DNA of 64,000 nucleotides from Adineta vaga (GCA_021613535.1 CP075497.1:10974001-11038000), one strand, 5' to 3'; positions 48,248 through 64,000 are shown, numbered from the stretch's first letter. A program made the numbers and translations. Notes: generated from the letters alone by a model not told the origin.

Positions 48248-51200
48248 TTATCGGCTTGAATTGATTTCTTTTACAACTAGTTTGTATTCGTTATATTGGA
48301 TTGAGGTGATGGCATACTTTCATAAATGTCATCGTGACTTTTTCTTAAGTCGAGATTATACATATCTTCTTTTCGTCTTCTCAACAATGTCAATAATTTT
48401 TCGTGCGTACAAAAACATGGAATAAAAAGAAACCCAATTAGACTTAACACTTAAATAAAGTTTATGAATGCAATGTAAAGAATATAATCATACTTTACTT
48501 AATACAATAATAATAATACGCGACATATTGTCATCACAAGTTGATATGAATTGCTTTGTACTACTTAGAAAAGAATTTATTATACTAAAATGATCTATAC
48601 ATATCATCATCTCACTTTATCATTGTTGTCGATGAAGTAGACGATTGAGTAGAAAATATAGCTAAATGTATAAAACAAATCTTTCATTCTATGAAAAACC
48701 TATTTTTTTTTGTATTTGACTTGATTTTAATAGGATCTGTGTTTCACTTGCTATTGTATTCTCACTATTAGAAACTAGAACACTATAATTGCCAATATCT
48801 GTTAATGTAAAATTCGTTATAATTAAAGAATGAAGTATATAATTATGTGAAATATGATATTCATATTGTCGATTATCTAATATATGATTATTATATAACC
48901 ATTGAACATTTGGTATTGGATTTCCAGTAACATTGATCAGTAATATGATATTTTCACCTAATTCAACATACAATTGTTTTGGAAGAGTCAGAAGAAAATA
49001 TGGTGCTTGAAGAAATTCAAGTTTGAAATAATATCCAATTTCTCCATATTTATTTTCGATTAGACAAGTAATATGTTCTTTTTGTAAAGAACTATGAATG
49101 GTTAAATTTGAATTCAATATATTAGTATCGAATGATTGTTTGAGAATTTTATTCTCGAGAAACCAAATAACTGTCACAGGATCTGGACTATTCGTTTTAA
49201 TTGTAGGTATGATTAGATTGATTGTTTGATTTGGTTTGATAGAAATTACAGAATTGAATTGTTGATTTATTGACATAAATGAAGGTCCTTGGAGAAGGCA
49301 AAGTTCTGTTCGATTAGTTTCAACGAAACCCATACTTTTAATAAAAAGAAAACGAATCTTTCTGTCTGTTAGATTGAATCAAATTTGACTACCTGTTCAT
49401 GACACGTGCATAATATATTCCTTCATTTTTAATTGTAAAATTATTTATAGATAAAGAAATCGGTGACAGATCTGGATCAGAATATGATATAAGAATTTCA
49501 TCATTGAAAAACAAGGTGATATTTGGCCAAGGTACACCATTGAAATGAAGAATAAATGAAAATGAATCACCTTGATGCAAATACATCTTTTCCGCATGAA
49601 AATTTGAAGAATTCATTGTTGGAGGCATTTCTTTATAAGGAAAAGAAAATACCCAAATAACAATATTGTCAATAAATCATTGATTCTTAGTTGAATTCAA
49701 TTACCTATTATATTAAAATTGATTTTGTCACTAAGACTATTAATTTGAATTGTATAGATACCAAAATGTTCGTATTTAAGTTTTTGAAAACTTAATTTTG
49801 CAAGATAAATATGTGCACTTTTATTAACAGTTTCATAGTTGGATTGATTGTTTATTATTTGATTGTTTGGATCAACCCTAAGGATAAATAATATAATAGA
49901 CTTGAAAGAAATGATGAAATTTTCATTTTCAAACCAATGAATTTGTGGATGTTTTGCTTGAAATATGCATATAAGATGGATTAGATAATTCTTCATAATA
50001 GTTTTATGATAACAATCAAGAATTTGTGTTTCTAATGAGAAATATTGTTAATTTTTATACATTAACATTTAGTAACTATTTACGTATAGGATAAACATGA
50101 ATAAGAATGACTGATTGGTTAGTTTGATTTAAAACATCCCAGATTTGAACTTTATATTCTCCATTTTGTTCCAATGATATATTATGAATCATGAAGACTA
50201 TTTGATTATCTTTGATATATTGATTATATGTTATAGAAAGATTTTCTATAGTTGTTTCATTTACAAAACATTGTATTTTTATAATAGGATGAGATGATTG
50301 TAGAGTTAAATTAAGATTTTGATCTTCTTCTATACTAATTGTATGCAATGGAGTTGTAATATATAGATCATCTAAAGATAGCAAATGTTTTTTTAATTCA
50401 TTATATCAAACGAAAATGTACCAAAAATCGTAAGAAGAAATGTTTGAGAAATATTTTTGTGATAGAATTCTGATACAGCAAGAAATGTATACGAAGTACT
50501 TTGATTTAATTGAATATTTTGTAGATCATATTGATAGGAAAGTTGATCGTCATTTGTTGGATATAAACGTTCATAAAAATTCAACCAATGAAGATAAATA
50601 TCTGGTCTTGGATTGCCATCAATTTTGGCTTGTAATGTAACATTCGAACCTTGTTTTACTGTTAAATTTTGAATTGAAGTGATAAAATTTGGTGCATCTA
50701 CACGATGATAAACTTATACTATTTTTTTGGAAATTAACATTGATTAAATCACATTAGACTTACATGTGACATTCAGTCGAGTGATACCAATACCTGTGCC
50801 TAATCTATTAGTTACATTAATGCAATATTCAACATTATTATCAATCACACTAGTATTGTTAATGTATAAGTAGATTACAAATGTGTTATAAAAATTCGAT
50901 AATGTATTTACATCATAAAATTCTTTTCTCTTAAACGGAATATCATTTCGAAGCCTATAGTATTTTAAAATAGAAAGTAGACGAATGAAATAACATATTA
51001 CCATTGTATAGTGAAAGGTAGAAGACCAGTTATTACATAGGTTAGATAAACTGAACGTCCAATTTGGACTTCTGTATCTTCTGATGAAACAATATGTGGT
51101 TTAACTAGAAAGAAGAGAATTTTCTTAAAGAGAAACTAATATGAAAGCATTACACTCACATTGATCGATCATTGTTGCACTAGAATACAAAAACAAATTA

Positions 51201-52302
51201 ACTATGTACATGATTCTATTATCGATAACTGATGAAACTTTCTACAAAATATTGACTATGTACGTAAATTTTACACATCTTACTCAGTTTCATCCAATTG
51301 ACATCCAATACCTCCAGTCAATGTAGTAGTATAATCTCGTAAGTTATCTCGAAAAGAATTGTTATCAACGCCTACGATATCCAATATAAGTTGTTTGTTC
51401 TCACACGAAGAATGTTCAATTCGAAATGTTAATTGATTGGAAATGTTGAATAATTTCGTAGATATTTGAACTACACCAACACTAATAACAATTATGATTT
51501 GTTTTGCAATGTAATTTGGTATTGCCGATTGTTTATCGAAAACAAAACTATCATGATTTATTTGATGTAATATATGCAAATAAATATTCGAAATAATAAT
51601 ATAAATTGTTTCATATTGTGTTATCTTATCAAACATTTTAAATGTCGAATATAATCCAAATATGTTGATTTCACAAACAAGTCGTTTATAACCTGTAAAA
51701 TAGCATGGATAGTCATCAAGACAGACATATGTATGACCACAGTTTCTTAGTTTTTCAGGAGTATCTTCTCTTGGACAATCGTATTTTCTTGTCCAATTGT
51801 CATCCATATTACTGTTTGTACGGTGGCAAACATTGCGTTTGATAGGCCATAAACTTAGGTGCCAGTATGACTTGTTCAATGAACTAACGATCGACGTGAC
51901 TTGAATGTTGTCAATTTCATGAATAATTTCTAATTTATAGATATCTTTTGATAGTTCGAGTGATAAAACTGGAATAGAAAGCCAATGAAGATATTTATAC
52001 GTGTCATTGACAATATCTGTTTCGATGATTAGTTTTGTAATAAAAATATCTTTTCTTAATGGTAATTGATGATAATATTGTGGAATAATAAACAATTCTA
52101 TATGAAATGTAGTGAAAATCAATGAAATAGATGACAAATCACATGTATTTCTTCGTTCTGTTGAATTTAAACTGAATGTACACCAGAGATTTTGTCCATC
52201 ATTAATACAAGGTTCAATAACAAAAGCTAATAAACATGTGTAAGATGATTGTTCTTGTGCAGAAATCGATGCAAATAAAATCAAAGAAATAAAGTAAAAC
52301 AT
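48248..52302 (-). CDS. Type I membrane protein: signal peptide, unassigned Cys-containing N-domain, about 6-7 Ig (I-set-like) domains, TM and short tail
   Basis: Signal MFYFISLILFASISA; Ig motifs GNPIPNVQW, DIGNYSVLVSN, GVPWPNITL, NEGIYY, QNGEYKV and YCINVTNRLG; spliced TM IIIIVLMLSLIGFLFIPCFC; tail with DMYNL and DIYESM. Confidence 0.72.
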
Positions 52303-52908
52303 TAGAATTACAGAAGTTCGCGCTTCTATTCGAGAAAAATATATCATAGGCATGTACTAACAAGTCTAGTGAGATCTTATTAATTGAAAGTTTTACGAAG
52401 AAGTTTAGAAGATGGAACATTGTGATATTGATCATCTACTATTTTTATCAAACATGTCACATTTATATCTTTGTCATGAAGATGAAAAATGTTATACATC
52501 AATCATGATAAGACTAATCTAAGTATTTCTACTTATGTATTATGTGATCAACGGAGAAGACATATAAAAACTATTCGTTCTTTTTTTCTTGATAAGATCT
52601 TGTAATAAATGTTCTTAAATCAATAAATAAATTTTACAGATAAAGTGTGGAGATGTATCTATTATATTGATGATATACAATTTTTATTTCTTCGAATTAT
52701 CGTTTTCAAGATCTGCAAATCATTCCATTATTACAATTCAAAATAGAAGATTATGATAAAAAAAGAGTTAATTATACATTATCAGAATGACCTTTTTGTG
52801 TTGATAAAAACTTATAGAAAAGAGATTAAAGTGGGTTATTGTTGTTCTGTTATTTTCTAATCCGATCTCTTTATTGTGCTTGTTAACTCATCGAGTACTG
52901 CTTCGTCG

Positions 52909-55015
52909 ATGGCGTACGAAATGTCGATACATGATTCAATAGAACAAAATAATATAGTAACAACTAAAACTGGGAAGATTCATCATTTTTTTCAACAATA
53001 TTGGCATACGTTGAAGACAGAAATACACGAGTTATGCACATTTCATCCAAATGAATGGCGAAATGCTTTTCGTCGAAATTCAATCTATCCAATATTCAGA
53101 AGAGGTGATATTGATGGTTTAGTAGCATTATTTATTGACAATATGGCGACATTATTAACCATCATTCTTAGTCTTCAATACGTTTTAGATGCTGATATTG
53201 TCTATGGAAAAATTGCACCTGGGTAAGAGTTATTTGTATGCACTTGAACTAATTTAGTACAATTTTCAATAGAGTGGCTATTGCTATGGTATGGGGTAAC
53301 TTCTACTATGTGTACATGGCTCGAAAATTAGCTTACAAAGAAAAACGAGATGATATATGTGCAATGCCATATGGAATTAATACACCAGGAGCATGTAATC
53401 TAAGCTTTTCTGTTATCTTCTTTTAATAATTTTGTATTGTTTTAGTTGCCTTTGTATTTGGTATTATATTTCCAGTTTATTACAAATGTATTCGAGAAAA
53501 CAATCATACGAATGAACGTTCATGTCAAGAATTAGCTTGGTATATAGCATTAGCAAGTAATTTCATTACTGGTATTATTATACTTTTATTATGTGTTTTT
53601 GGTGATTTTATTCGACGAAATATTCCTGGTGTAGCATTACTTTCATCACTTTCAGCAGTTGGTTTTACTTATTTAGCACTAGCTCAATTTCTACCTATAA
53701 CTGCTTCACCTATAGTATCTTTTCTTCCATTTGCTATAGTAATGATTGGATATTTTAGTGAAAGTAAATATTTTTTTCAATATATCTGACACATGAGTAA
53801 ACTATTTTTCTTCTTAATTTCTAGTTAAAATTGGTCCATTTCCAATAGCTATCATAGCTTTAGTTGTTGGTACTGCTCTTGGATGGGCAACATCATTGAA
53901 TAAAGCTCAAGATGTACGTGACACTAGTCTTGTCATCAAAGCGTATGCACCAGCATTTCCAATTCGAACTATTTTTTCTCATATCAATCAGATTGGTCCA
54001 TATCTATCGACTACTATTCCTACAGCTATTTCAATCGCTATCAGTACAATACAATGTGTTGAATCAGCGAGACGAGCAGGAGATTTTTATCCAACTCGTG
54101 AAGCAATGTTTGCTGATGGAATCGGTACTATAATTTCAAGTTTATTTGGATCTTTTCTTGGCATGACAGGTAAGTCATATCCAAGACCGGATACATTCAC
54201 ATCTTTCTTTCTTTTATCTAAATTTCTTACTATTTAGTTTATATTGGTCATCCAGCATATAAAAAAATGGGTGCTAGACAAGCATATTCAATTATCAATT
54301 GTATTATTTATTTACCGTTATGTTTTTTCGGTATTATTGCACTTTTTCTTCGTGTTATTGCAGTAGTTGCTGTCAATCCAGTTATTGTAAGTTATGCTTC
54401 GGTAATTGTAAATCTAATCTTATATTTTTCAAGATTTTTATCGGCCTTTTCATTTGTTCTGAAACGCTTACTATAACTCCACCACGGCATTATCCAGCAT
54501 TTCTTCTCGGTATTATGCCAGTAATTACTGATTGGATACGAACTACTATTATCAATGGTGTCTCTTCTGCATATTCAAATTTTACTATTCCTAATGTATA
54601 CTTTACAGAAAATATTACGTCGCATATAACCGATTTTTCTTATCGTGGTCTTGAGAATTTTTCAGGTGGTAGTCTTCTTCTATGTATATTCATTACAGCA
54701 ATTATGATGTATATGATTGATCGGAAATTTATTCGAGCAGCTATTTGGTCATTACTTGCTGCTCTTCTTTCATTTTTTGGTTTAATACATTCGTCAACAG
54801 TAGGAGTTTTATATCGAACAACTGATGATGGATGGCAATTTACAGTCGCTTATTCTATGTTAGCCATTGTTTTCATCCTATTTGAAATCGCACAGCGACA
54901 AGGATGGGTACGTGAACCTGTTAGTGAACCTGATGATTTGTCATCCGAAGAATGGAAAGAATGGAATTGGAGGAAAACTTTAGTTCAAACATCTGTAGAT
55001 AATACCACATTGTAA
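52909..55015 (+). CDS. Xanthine/uracil/vitamin C (NCS2/AzgA-related) permease of non-metazoan type
   Basis: RGDIDGLVALFIDN, AMPYGINTPG, QCVESARRAGDFY..FADGIGT and VYIGHPAYKKMGARQAYS motifs; more than 12 TM segments; several short introns. Confidence 0.85.
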
Positions 55016-55431
55016 TTTAATAGAAGTAACTTGATCGTATTTTTATCAATAAAAATCCTTTCATCTTATAGCCTTCATAGATTTTTTAAATTAAATACAA
55101 ACTAATTCTCAGATTTGATTTACTTTCAAATAAAATAATGAATCAACTATTGAAAAAAATTTTGCTTCCGAATTGAGAATCTACGTCACTTGTAGTTAGG
55201 TAACATTTGTTTTGTTGATTTTGACTCAAAAAACAACATGTACTCAAATCTAGTTACACGTAGACATGAAGAAACCTTGACAATTACTAAAAAAAAAACA
55301 TTTGATTTTTTATTGAATCAAAAGATGAAAGAGATTTGAAGTGTTGTTTTGTAAAAAAGTATCAAAATAGGATAAAATAAATGTTCGTTTCACATTTATT
55401 CGCATGATATTTTAATCAATGATTTGCATTC

Positions 55432-55946
55432 CTAAACCCAATTCCAAGCAGATAAACGTTTTTGACGATTTGCTCTCGTTGTTTCTACAGATATGAATCA
55501 AACTATAATAGAGAAATTAAGTTCATTTTGTTAACTTACTTGGTTTAACAGTTGAAGTTCTTCGTTTAGCAGTAGTGGTTCTAGGCGTTTGTTTTTGAGT
55601 AATCTTTTTAGTTGCCGTAGAACGAGTGGTACGCGTACGTGTGATCGGTGCATGAGTAGTTCCATTCATCGTTGCCGAACGTTTTCGTTTTACCGTTGCT
55701 ACTGATCGAACTTTTCTTTGTAATGTTATGATTGATGTATTCTTTGCTTTATGATGATTAACATGTGGTGTAGGTGTATTTTTTGAACTTTTTACTTCTT
55801 TAAGATGAGTTGTTCGTGTTGATCTTGTTACAGCAGCATTAGCTTTCATTGCGGCAATAACGATTAATAACTGAATAAAATAAAGAAGAAGAATAAGTTA
55901 AAGAAAAAGTAAGTCTTACCAGAAATGTGATACTAATCAGATGCAT
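55432..55946 (-). CDS. Secreted, very basic Thr/Arg/Lys-rich low-complexity protein (136 aa) ending RQKR-LSAWNWV
   Basis: Exons 55920-55946, 55540-55870 and 55432-55484 join in frame via GTAAG..AG introns; signal peptide MHLISITFLLLIVIAAMKANA. Confidence 0.75.
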
Positions 55947-58618
55947 ATTACTAAGATTATTTATTCTGCCTCGAAAAGTGTTAATGATAATGCTTTTACT
56001 GCTTAATAAATCGAAGGCTTTTATAGTTTTTTAATCTTTATCAGAAAAAAAAATATTTCTCGAATCTGATTTCATCCTTCTTGTGTTGATTTCTTTTCTC
56101 TTTCTTTTACGTTCGTTCGTTCGTTCGCTCGTCTCTCTTCCCTTTTGGTCGATTTAAGCATTCACTCAAAATCGATTTCATGCTGTCAATCATTCATCCA
56201 TTATTCTGAAGAAAAGAAAAAGAAATTCTATGCCATATTAATCATTTTGTTCTTAAATGTTATAATTAAACAAACTTTATACAAAAGTGCCCTAAATAAT
56301 CTACATCTTCTTCTATGATTTCATTTAATTGATGAACACAAAACTTTGGTCAATTCTATTGTTAAAAGTACGAACAGTCTTCTTTGTCTTCTTTGATCAT
56401 ATGTCTTAAAAAATTATTATTAATCAAACTCTACAACATATGTGTATGTGACCTTTTCTTTTAAATGTTGCGTGTCGTTTTGTATTAAAACAGTCAATGT
56501 ATTCAGGAATTATTTCATCATATTTCATGTATTGATTGTATGTGAATATCGAGCATAACTAGAGACAATTTGCATGATATGAAGGTTCGTTTTTGTTCTT
56601 CAAGGACTGATTAAATCCGAATGAATACACGCGAAAATTAATACTATGCACATACGATCGTTTTAGTCTTGACAAAAAAAAACTTTTCTTTTAATTAAAA
56701 GAAAAGTTAAGTAGTTGTATTAATGATTTGTATGAAGAAATCCTTCAATTGATGTATTCTCTTTTTTTTTGTTAATATTTCATAACTGTTAAGAAATACT
56801 TTGGTATTATATGTCAATATTGTATTAGAAATAAAAACAAAATTTCGATTATTTTCGTATACATTTGTTGTGTTATTCTGATCAATTGTTAAACATTCGA
56901 TCAGATTGTACTTATTAGACAAAAGTACATGAAAAGAAGAGAAAAGAATACATCAGTTTCAAATGCATAATACACATGATTTCTTACAAAATGAAATAGA
57001 ACAAATCTATCCTGTCGTGCTATTCACAATGATAGTTTTAATAATAATAATTTCGATCAGTAAACATTCTTTCATATGAAATCATTTCTCTCATCAGGAC
57101 AAGAACCTCAACAGTTTTTGTTAATTACATATATTCTTTGAAAGGAACAGTTTGAATAAAGAGAAAATAAACAAATGTGTACTTATTTAAAATGCTCACT
57201 AAGTTTTTCATTCAATGTATGACGCTGCGACAGGGTTTCTTTTATGAAAGAAAATGAAACCAATCTAACGTTTTTCTATTTGTTTTGTTTGAAAGTGTGT
57301 ATGAAAATGAATGCTCTTTGAGGACAATTTAAAAACAATAAATAGACAATATTATGGTGTGATGAGAGTATTTCAACCGGCATTGTCAATTGAATATTCA
57401 AGCCAATACCAAGTGCAATACTCAAATCAAAGACCACTTCATATGTTTAAATGAATTCATCTTGTTAATATGATCCATGTTCATGAAATCTCAGCTAGTA
57501 ACAAGAGGTTCTACATGTACGGCTCTTCTCCTACCAGCTGAGATTAAACAAACAGATTTTAGTATCTATGATATCTTGTCTACTTACTTTCATTTGATCA
57601 AACAATTTTTCAAAAAAAGAAATGAATCGTTTCGCATACTTTTATACTCAAATTTTGCTTCAGTTGTATTGATATTCTAACTGAATTACAAGATAACATG
57701 TTCCATTCTTTCGATTTTCTATCATGCTTAAAAGACAAATGATAAATTGTATGATATTAATTAAATTTTTCGTACTAAAACGCAAACTAATCTATACCAT
57801 ATACATTCTCAATTCTAATTGAATACATATGAATAGTATCAAACGAACTACCTGTTATTTTGTGCGTCTAACAAACGTATTGTAAATTTGAGTCAGTTGG
57901 GTATTGTATTCACTGTTTTGTTTCATCAATTATATGTAAAAAAAAGAAAAGTTGAAGACTGATCTGTGAAGTGGCATCAGCTTGATATATTAAGAGAGAG
58001 AAAATTAGACCTTGGAGAATTCAAATGAATAATTTATATTCATTTTAATATTTTATATGATTAATAGATTTATCTATAAATTATATTTAAAAAGAAACGA
58101 TCAATATTCAAAGAACTTTTCATTGTAAACATTAAACATAAACAGAAAATCTAGATGATTATTTTTGGAATCAAATAAAGTCTTGATTTCATAATAGATT
58201 ATTAAGTTGACTGATTATTGAATTGAATGTCATGTTATTTTAAAAATAAAATAATTATATATCATTCTATTGATCATTAGACATCTTTTGGAAATCATAA
58301 TGAATAGAATAAAATGAATTATTATTTACTTATTTGAAGTCGACATTTATACATACTAATGTCGTAATTATCAATATGAATTCACTAATGTTTGTTGAAA
58401 ACAAATAATCGGAAGACTTTTATTCCATCAACTTCTATAGAAATAGATATATAAACATTGTTTAATTTTCAAAATGACATGAGTATGCCTTTCATCATAG
58501 GCCAACTGCTGAGTTCCTTGATACACACACACACATATATATATATACATACATAAACTCTTTACAAAAGTATCATTTTATCCTTTTTAACTATCATTCG
58601 ACAAATAATTCTCAAAAT

Positions 58619-58977
58619 ATGAAGGCAACTTATCAAAGTTTATTAATAATCGTATTATTGACAGTCTGTGTTCGATCAGCAATGGTATATCGATAGATTT
58701 AAATATTTATATATATATGTATGTTCTACATTCTTTTCTATTTATTTTTTAGTCCTTTCCTTCGTCCTATATCAATGAACAACGTGCTTTTCTTCGTTGT
58801 CATATGTCTGCTATATCTTGCAAACGTAGTATGTCAACACTCGAAGAAAATCATCCTTCATCAATGAATCCTGAAAAAGATGGCTTTCAAACATGTCTTA
58901 ATCAAAATAAATCTATTTGGTTTTGTCTTAATCATAATCCATTATTTACAGCAGAAGATGTTCATCAAAATGATTAA
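58619..58977 (+). CDS. Putative allatostatin-C/somatostatin-like neuropeptide precursor (96 aa); not in the ORF track
   Basis: Exon 58619-58684 (MKATYQSLLIIVLLTVCVRSAM), a 68-bp GT-AG intron, then exon 58753-58977 (SFPSSYINEQR-AFLRCHMSAISC-KR-SMSTLEEN..CLNQNKSIWFC..*). The C-x6-C ring lies between basic cleavage sites. Confidence 0.7.
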
Positions 58978-58987
58978 TCTAATCGTA

Positions 58988-61033
58988 TTATTGGTCACTG
59001 TCAATATGAATGACATTTTTCGTTTTTTTTGTTTTAAAACATGGCCAAAGAAACATACTTATACCCGAAAGTATGATGATGAATCCAGATGTAAGAAATG
59101 AAAGTTTATATGTTCGACTAAAATCACGTAATAAACCTATTAAAACAGAAAAAAACAACAACTCATCAAATCTCTTGAAAAAGAAAATAATAGATATCTA
59201 CCTTGAATAGGTATACCAATAAGAGTACTAACACCTTGACAAAATTGTAAAATTCCAAAAGCATCAGCCATATTATCTATTGATAAAGCATCGATAAGAA
59301 TCAATATTTGTAAAGCATAATTAGCACTAATCGCTAAGCCATACATAAATGCACAAATTAAAATAACGATTTTATAACGAAATAGAGAAAGAACAATTAA
59401 TGATCCACCAGAGATGATTACTGCGAATGTATACATAATCCAAGCTGAAAAGATTTTTCGATCGTGTAAATAACCAAGAAGAATTTGTCCAACAGCAGAT
59501 GCAATACCCACATTTGATAATGTCCACGAAGCTAGATAACCTTGATTTTGAAATGTTTCAGAAATGTATGTCGGGAGGATGACATACGGCACACCCATAA
59601 CAAGACAGAGAGTGAAATTTGAAAAACAAAATAGAAGAAAACGACTGTTGAGTAACCAATGTTTTTCATTCAAAGGTTCTTCGAATAGTTCCATTTGTTC
59701 TAAAGGTGGTGAAAGAGATGCAGATAGTGATGACAATGATGCTGATGATGAGTGTTTCTCTTCGTCATTACTGTCTTCTCCTGAAGCGATCGGTGCAAGC
59801 GGACGTACACTAATCGGTTGACGAATACGTTCAAAAGATCCACCGAATTTTTTCATAGTTGAAGGTGGAACAGCAATAGTTTTCGCTCGAGTTCGTTGAA
59901 AATCGCGTGAAGAAATGGTCGTTGCTTGTCTTGAAGAAGGTTCAGTGCTAATCGTACAATTTCGTACTCGATTTCCCAATGAATATCGACGACTCGTGGA
60001 TAAATCAACAGAAGGCATAGTAATACCAGCACGTACAGGTACAGAAGAAGTGAAAAGTGGAAGAACTTGAGCAATAGTCATACCACGAGAACGACGGGAC
60101 GATGAATGTTCTACAATTGGTTCTTCTTCTCGTTGTTGTACATCTTCTACTGCTATAGTTATAGGAGTATCGATGATATTTTCAGACAGGTCTGTAATCG
60201 GTATGGAAGGAGATGGCTGATCGGATGTAGCAGGTTTTCGAAATGCTAGTACTGATATTAGCATAAAGAGAAAGAGTGATCCTAGAAGTAGAAATTGAAA
60301 TTTACTTGAATAATCGTTTGTATCATATCATCAAATCTATAAATAACAATCTATTATGTACTTGTATCGACCTTTTCATCGATTCAAATATTAGTATGAA
60401 ATCTCTTTCATCTATCAATCAATCAATCAATCAATAGCATGCACGATACCGATGAGAATAATAAAACTTCTAATTACCTGTAATAAATGATGCACCACGC
60501 CATCCATATTCAATAATACATGCTTTGACAAGAATTGATAAGAGTACTTGTCCAACTCCACTTCCTGACACAGCTAATCCAGTTGCCGTACCACGATCAT
60601 CTTCAAAATAGAGTGGTAAAGTTAGATATGCAGGTACATAACAAAATGCCAGTCCAACACTTAATAAACATCCATAACCTATTGCTGGTATCCAAAATGT
60701 TTTGTGCGATTGAAAAAGAAATGGAAGACTATATGCAAGTGTTGAAATGATACAACCGATAAGTGCTGCTGAACTAGCACCAAATTTTGTAGTCCATCGA
60801 CATACAATCGGACTGAGAAGGAGAGGAATTGATTGTGTCATTGCAGCTATTGTACTAATACTTAGAACTGTGTTTGATGTTGTCTTCGAATATTCATCGA
60901 TTAATTCATTGACATAGAGTCCAAATGAAAATGTTGCACCATCAGCCACAACATAGACAAGAAATGCTGCGAAAACAATGACAATTTGTTTTAAGGACCA
61001 TGTACGTAAACGATGAATCAAATTCATTGACAT
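58988..61033 (-). CDS. Monocarboxylate transporter-like (SLC16) MFS protein
   Basis: VADGATFSFGLY, LPLYFEDDRGTATGLAVSGSGVG and EYGWRGA motifs, a long central loop, and a second 6-TM bundle with GQILLGYLHD. Three exons. Confidence 0.9.
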
Positions 61034-61311
61034 TGTTATATGTATTAATAAATGAATGAATGAATGAAATCTCTTTTAGTGTTGAATAGGTAAATAGAAT
61101 TAGAATCTATGATAAATCTTGAGTCAATAGAGGATTAATAAAATAAGTGTAAAACTAGAGAAAAAAGGTTAGACACAATAACAATGAGTAAAAGGTTGTG
61201 CATGTTTGCTTTTTATACAATCAACATGTTGTTTTATTCTATTTCAATTTATTTCGTTTCTCATCAAGAAATTAGAATCTCCTTTTCTATAACGCACACA
61301 TAAACAAACTA

Positions 61312-63513
<2,202 letters not shown>

Positions 63514-64000
63514 TTGTATATCAATAACAGTGCCATTAATAATCGTTCGTATATATACGTATCATTCTTAATCTTCAGTGATTATTTTTCTCTTCAATAC
63601 AAAACATATCAATTTACACCGTGATTTGTTCCAGTGCAAGTATTATATAATTAATATTCTTCGTGACTTTTATACACCTGTGGCATCTTTATTTCGTTGA
63701 TTCTTTTTTTGAGAAGAATAATAAAACTGTAAATAGATTTCTTTTGATCGAATAGAAAACAAAGAAATATATAGAAGCATTTGTAAGAATTTCTTATTTA
63801 TTTCAAATACAAAAACAATACGAACAAGAACAAGGACATTCGTATAGAAATATGATGAAAAACGAACGTCGAGAATTTTGTTTATCACCTATATCCGTAG
63901 CAAAATCAAATCATGCAGTGAACAAAAGTTCTCGTATGATTCATTATGAAGTAAGAAAGAAAATAGATATTAAATATGATAAAGATTTTGGTTTATTTAT

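Noticed and set aside
57290-57545. Possible degenerate coding relic on the minus strand
   Set aside because: Several stops and no recognisable motif; cannot be supported without a search.

Overview
Eukaryotic, gene-dense and AT-rich window (about 30% GC by eye) with many short 50-70 bp GT-AG introns. Conserved animal genes are interleaved with intron-bearing genes of bacterial, fungal or plant type, which points to a bdelloid rotifer (inference). I spliced 21 protein-coding genes by hand: meckelin/TMEM67 (3' part), gamma-syntrophin, TMEM163-like, SHARK/HTK16 kinase, a U-box/TM/jelly-roll protein, a PLP-independent Asp/Glu racemase, a membrane-anchored cupin, TCF/pangolin, SPATA1, a TASK-type K2P channel, asparagine synthetase, a Ly6/quiver-like GPI protein, centrobin, a tetraspanin, an orphan secreted protein, a multi-Ig type I receptor, an NCS2-type permease, a very basic secreted protein, an allatostatin-C-like neuropeptide precursor, an SLC16/MCT transporter and a CBM2-GH9 cellulase. 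The Ly6 gene and the neuropeptide precursor are absent from the ORF track. The most notable items are the hidden neuropeptide gene, a three-gene island at 14.5-17.7 kb in which the racemase and cupin share a TTAA stop, a possible TCF autoregulatory element, a non-canonical K+ channel filter, and two 1-bp frameshifts (SHARK, TCF). I found no rRNA, tRNA, CRISPR array or intact transposon. All family calls come from motif recognition, not database searches.
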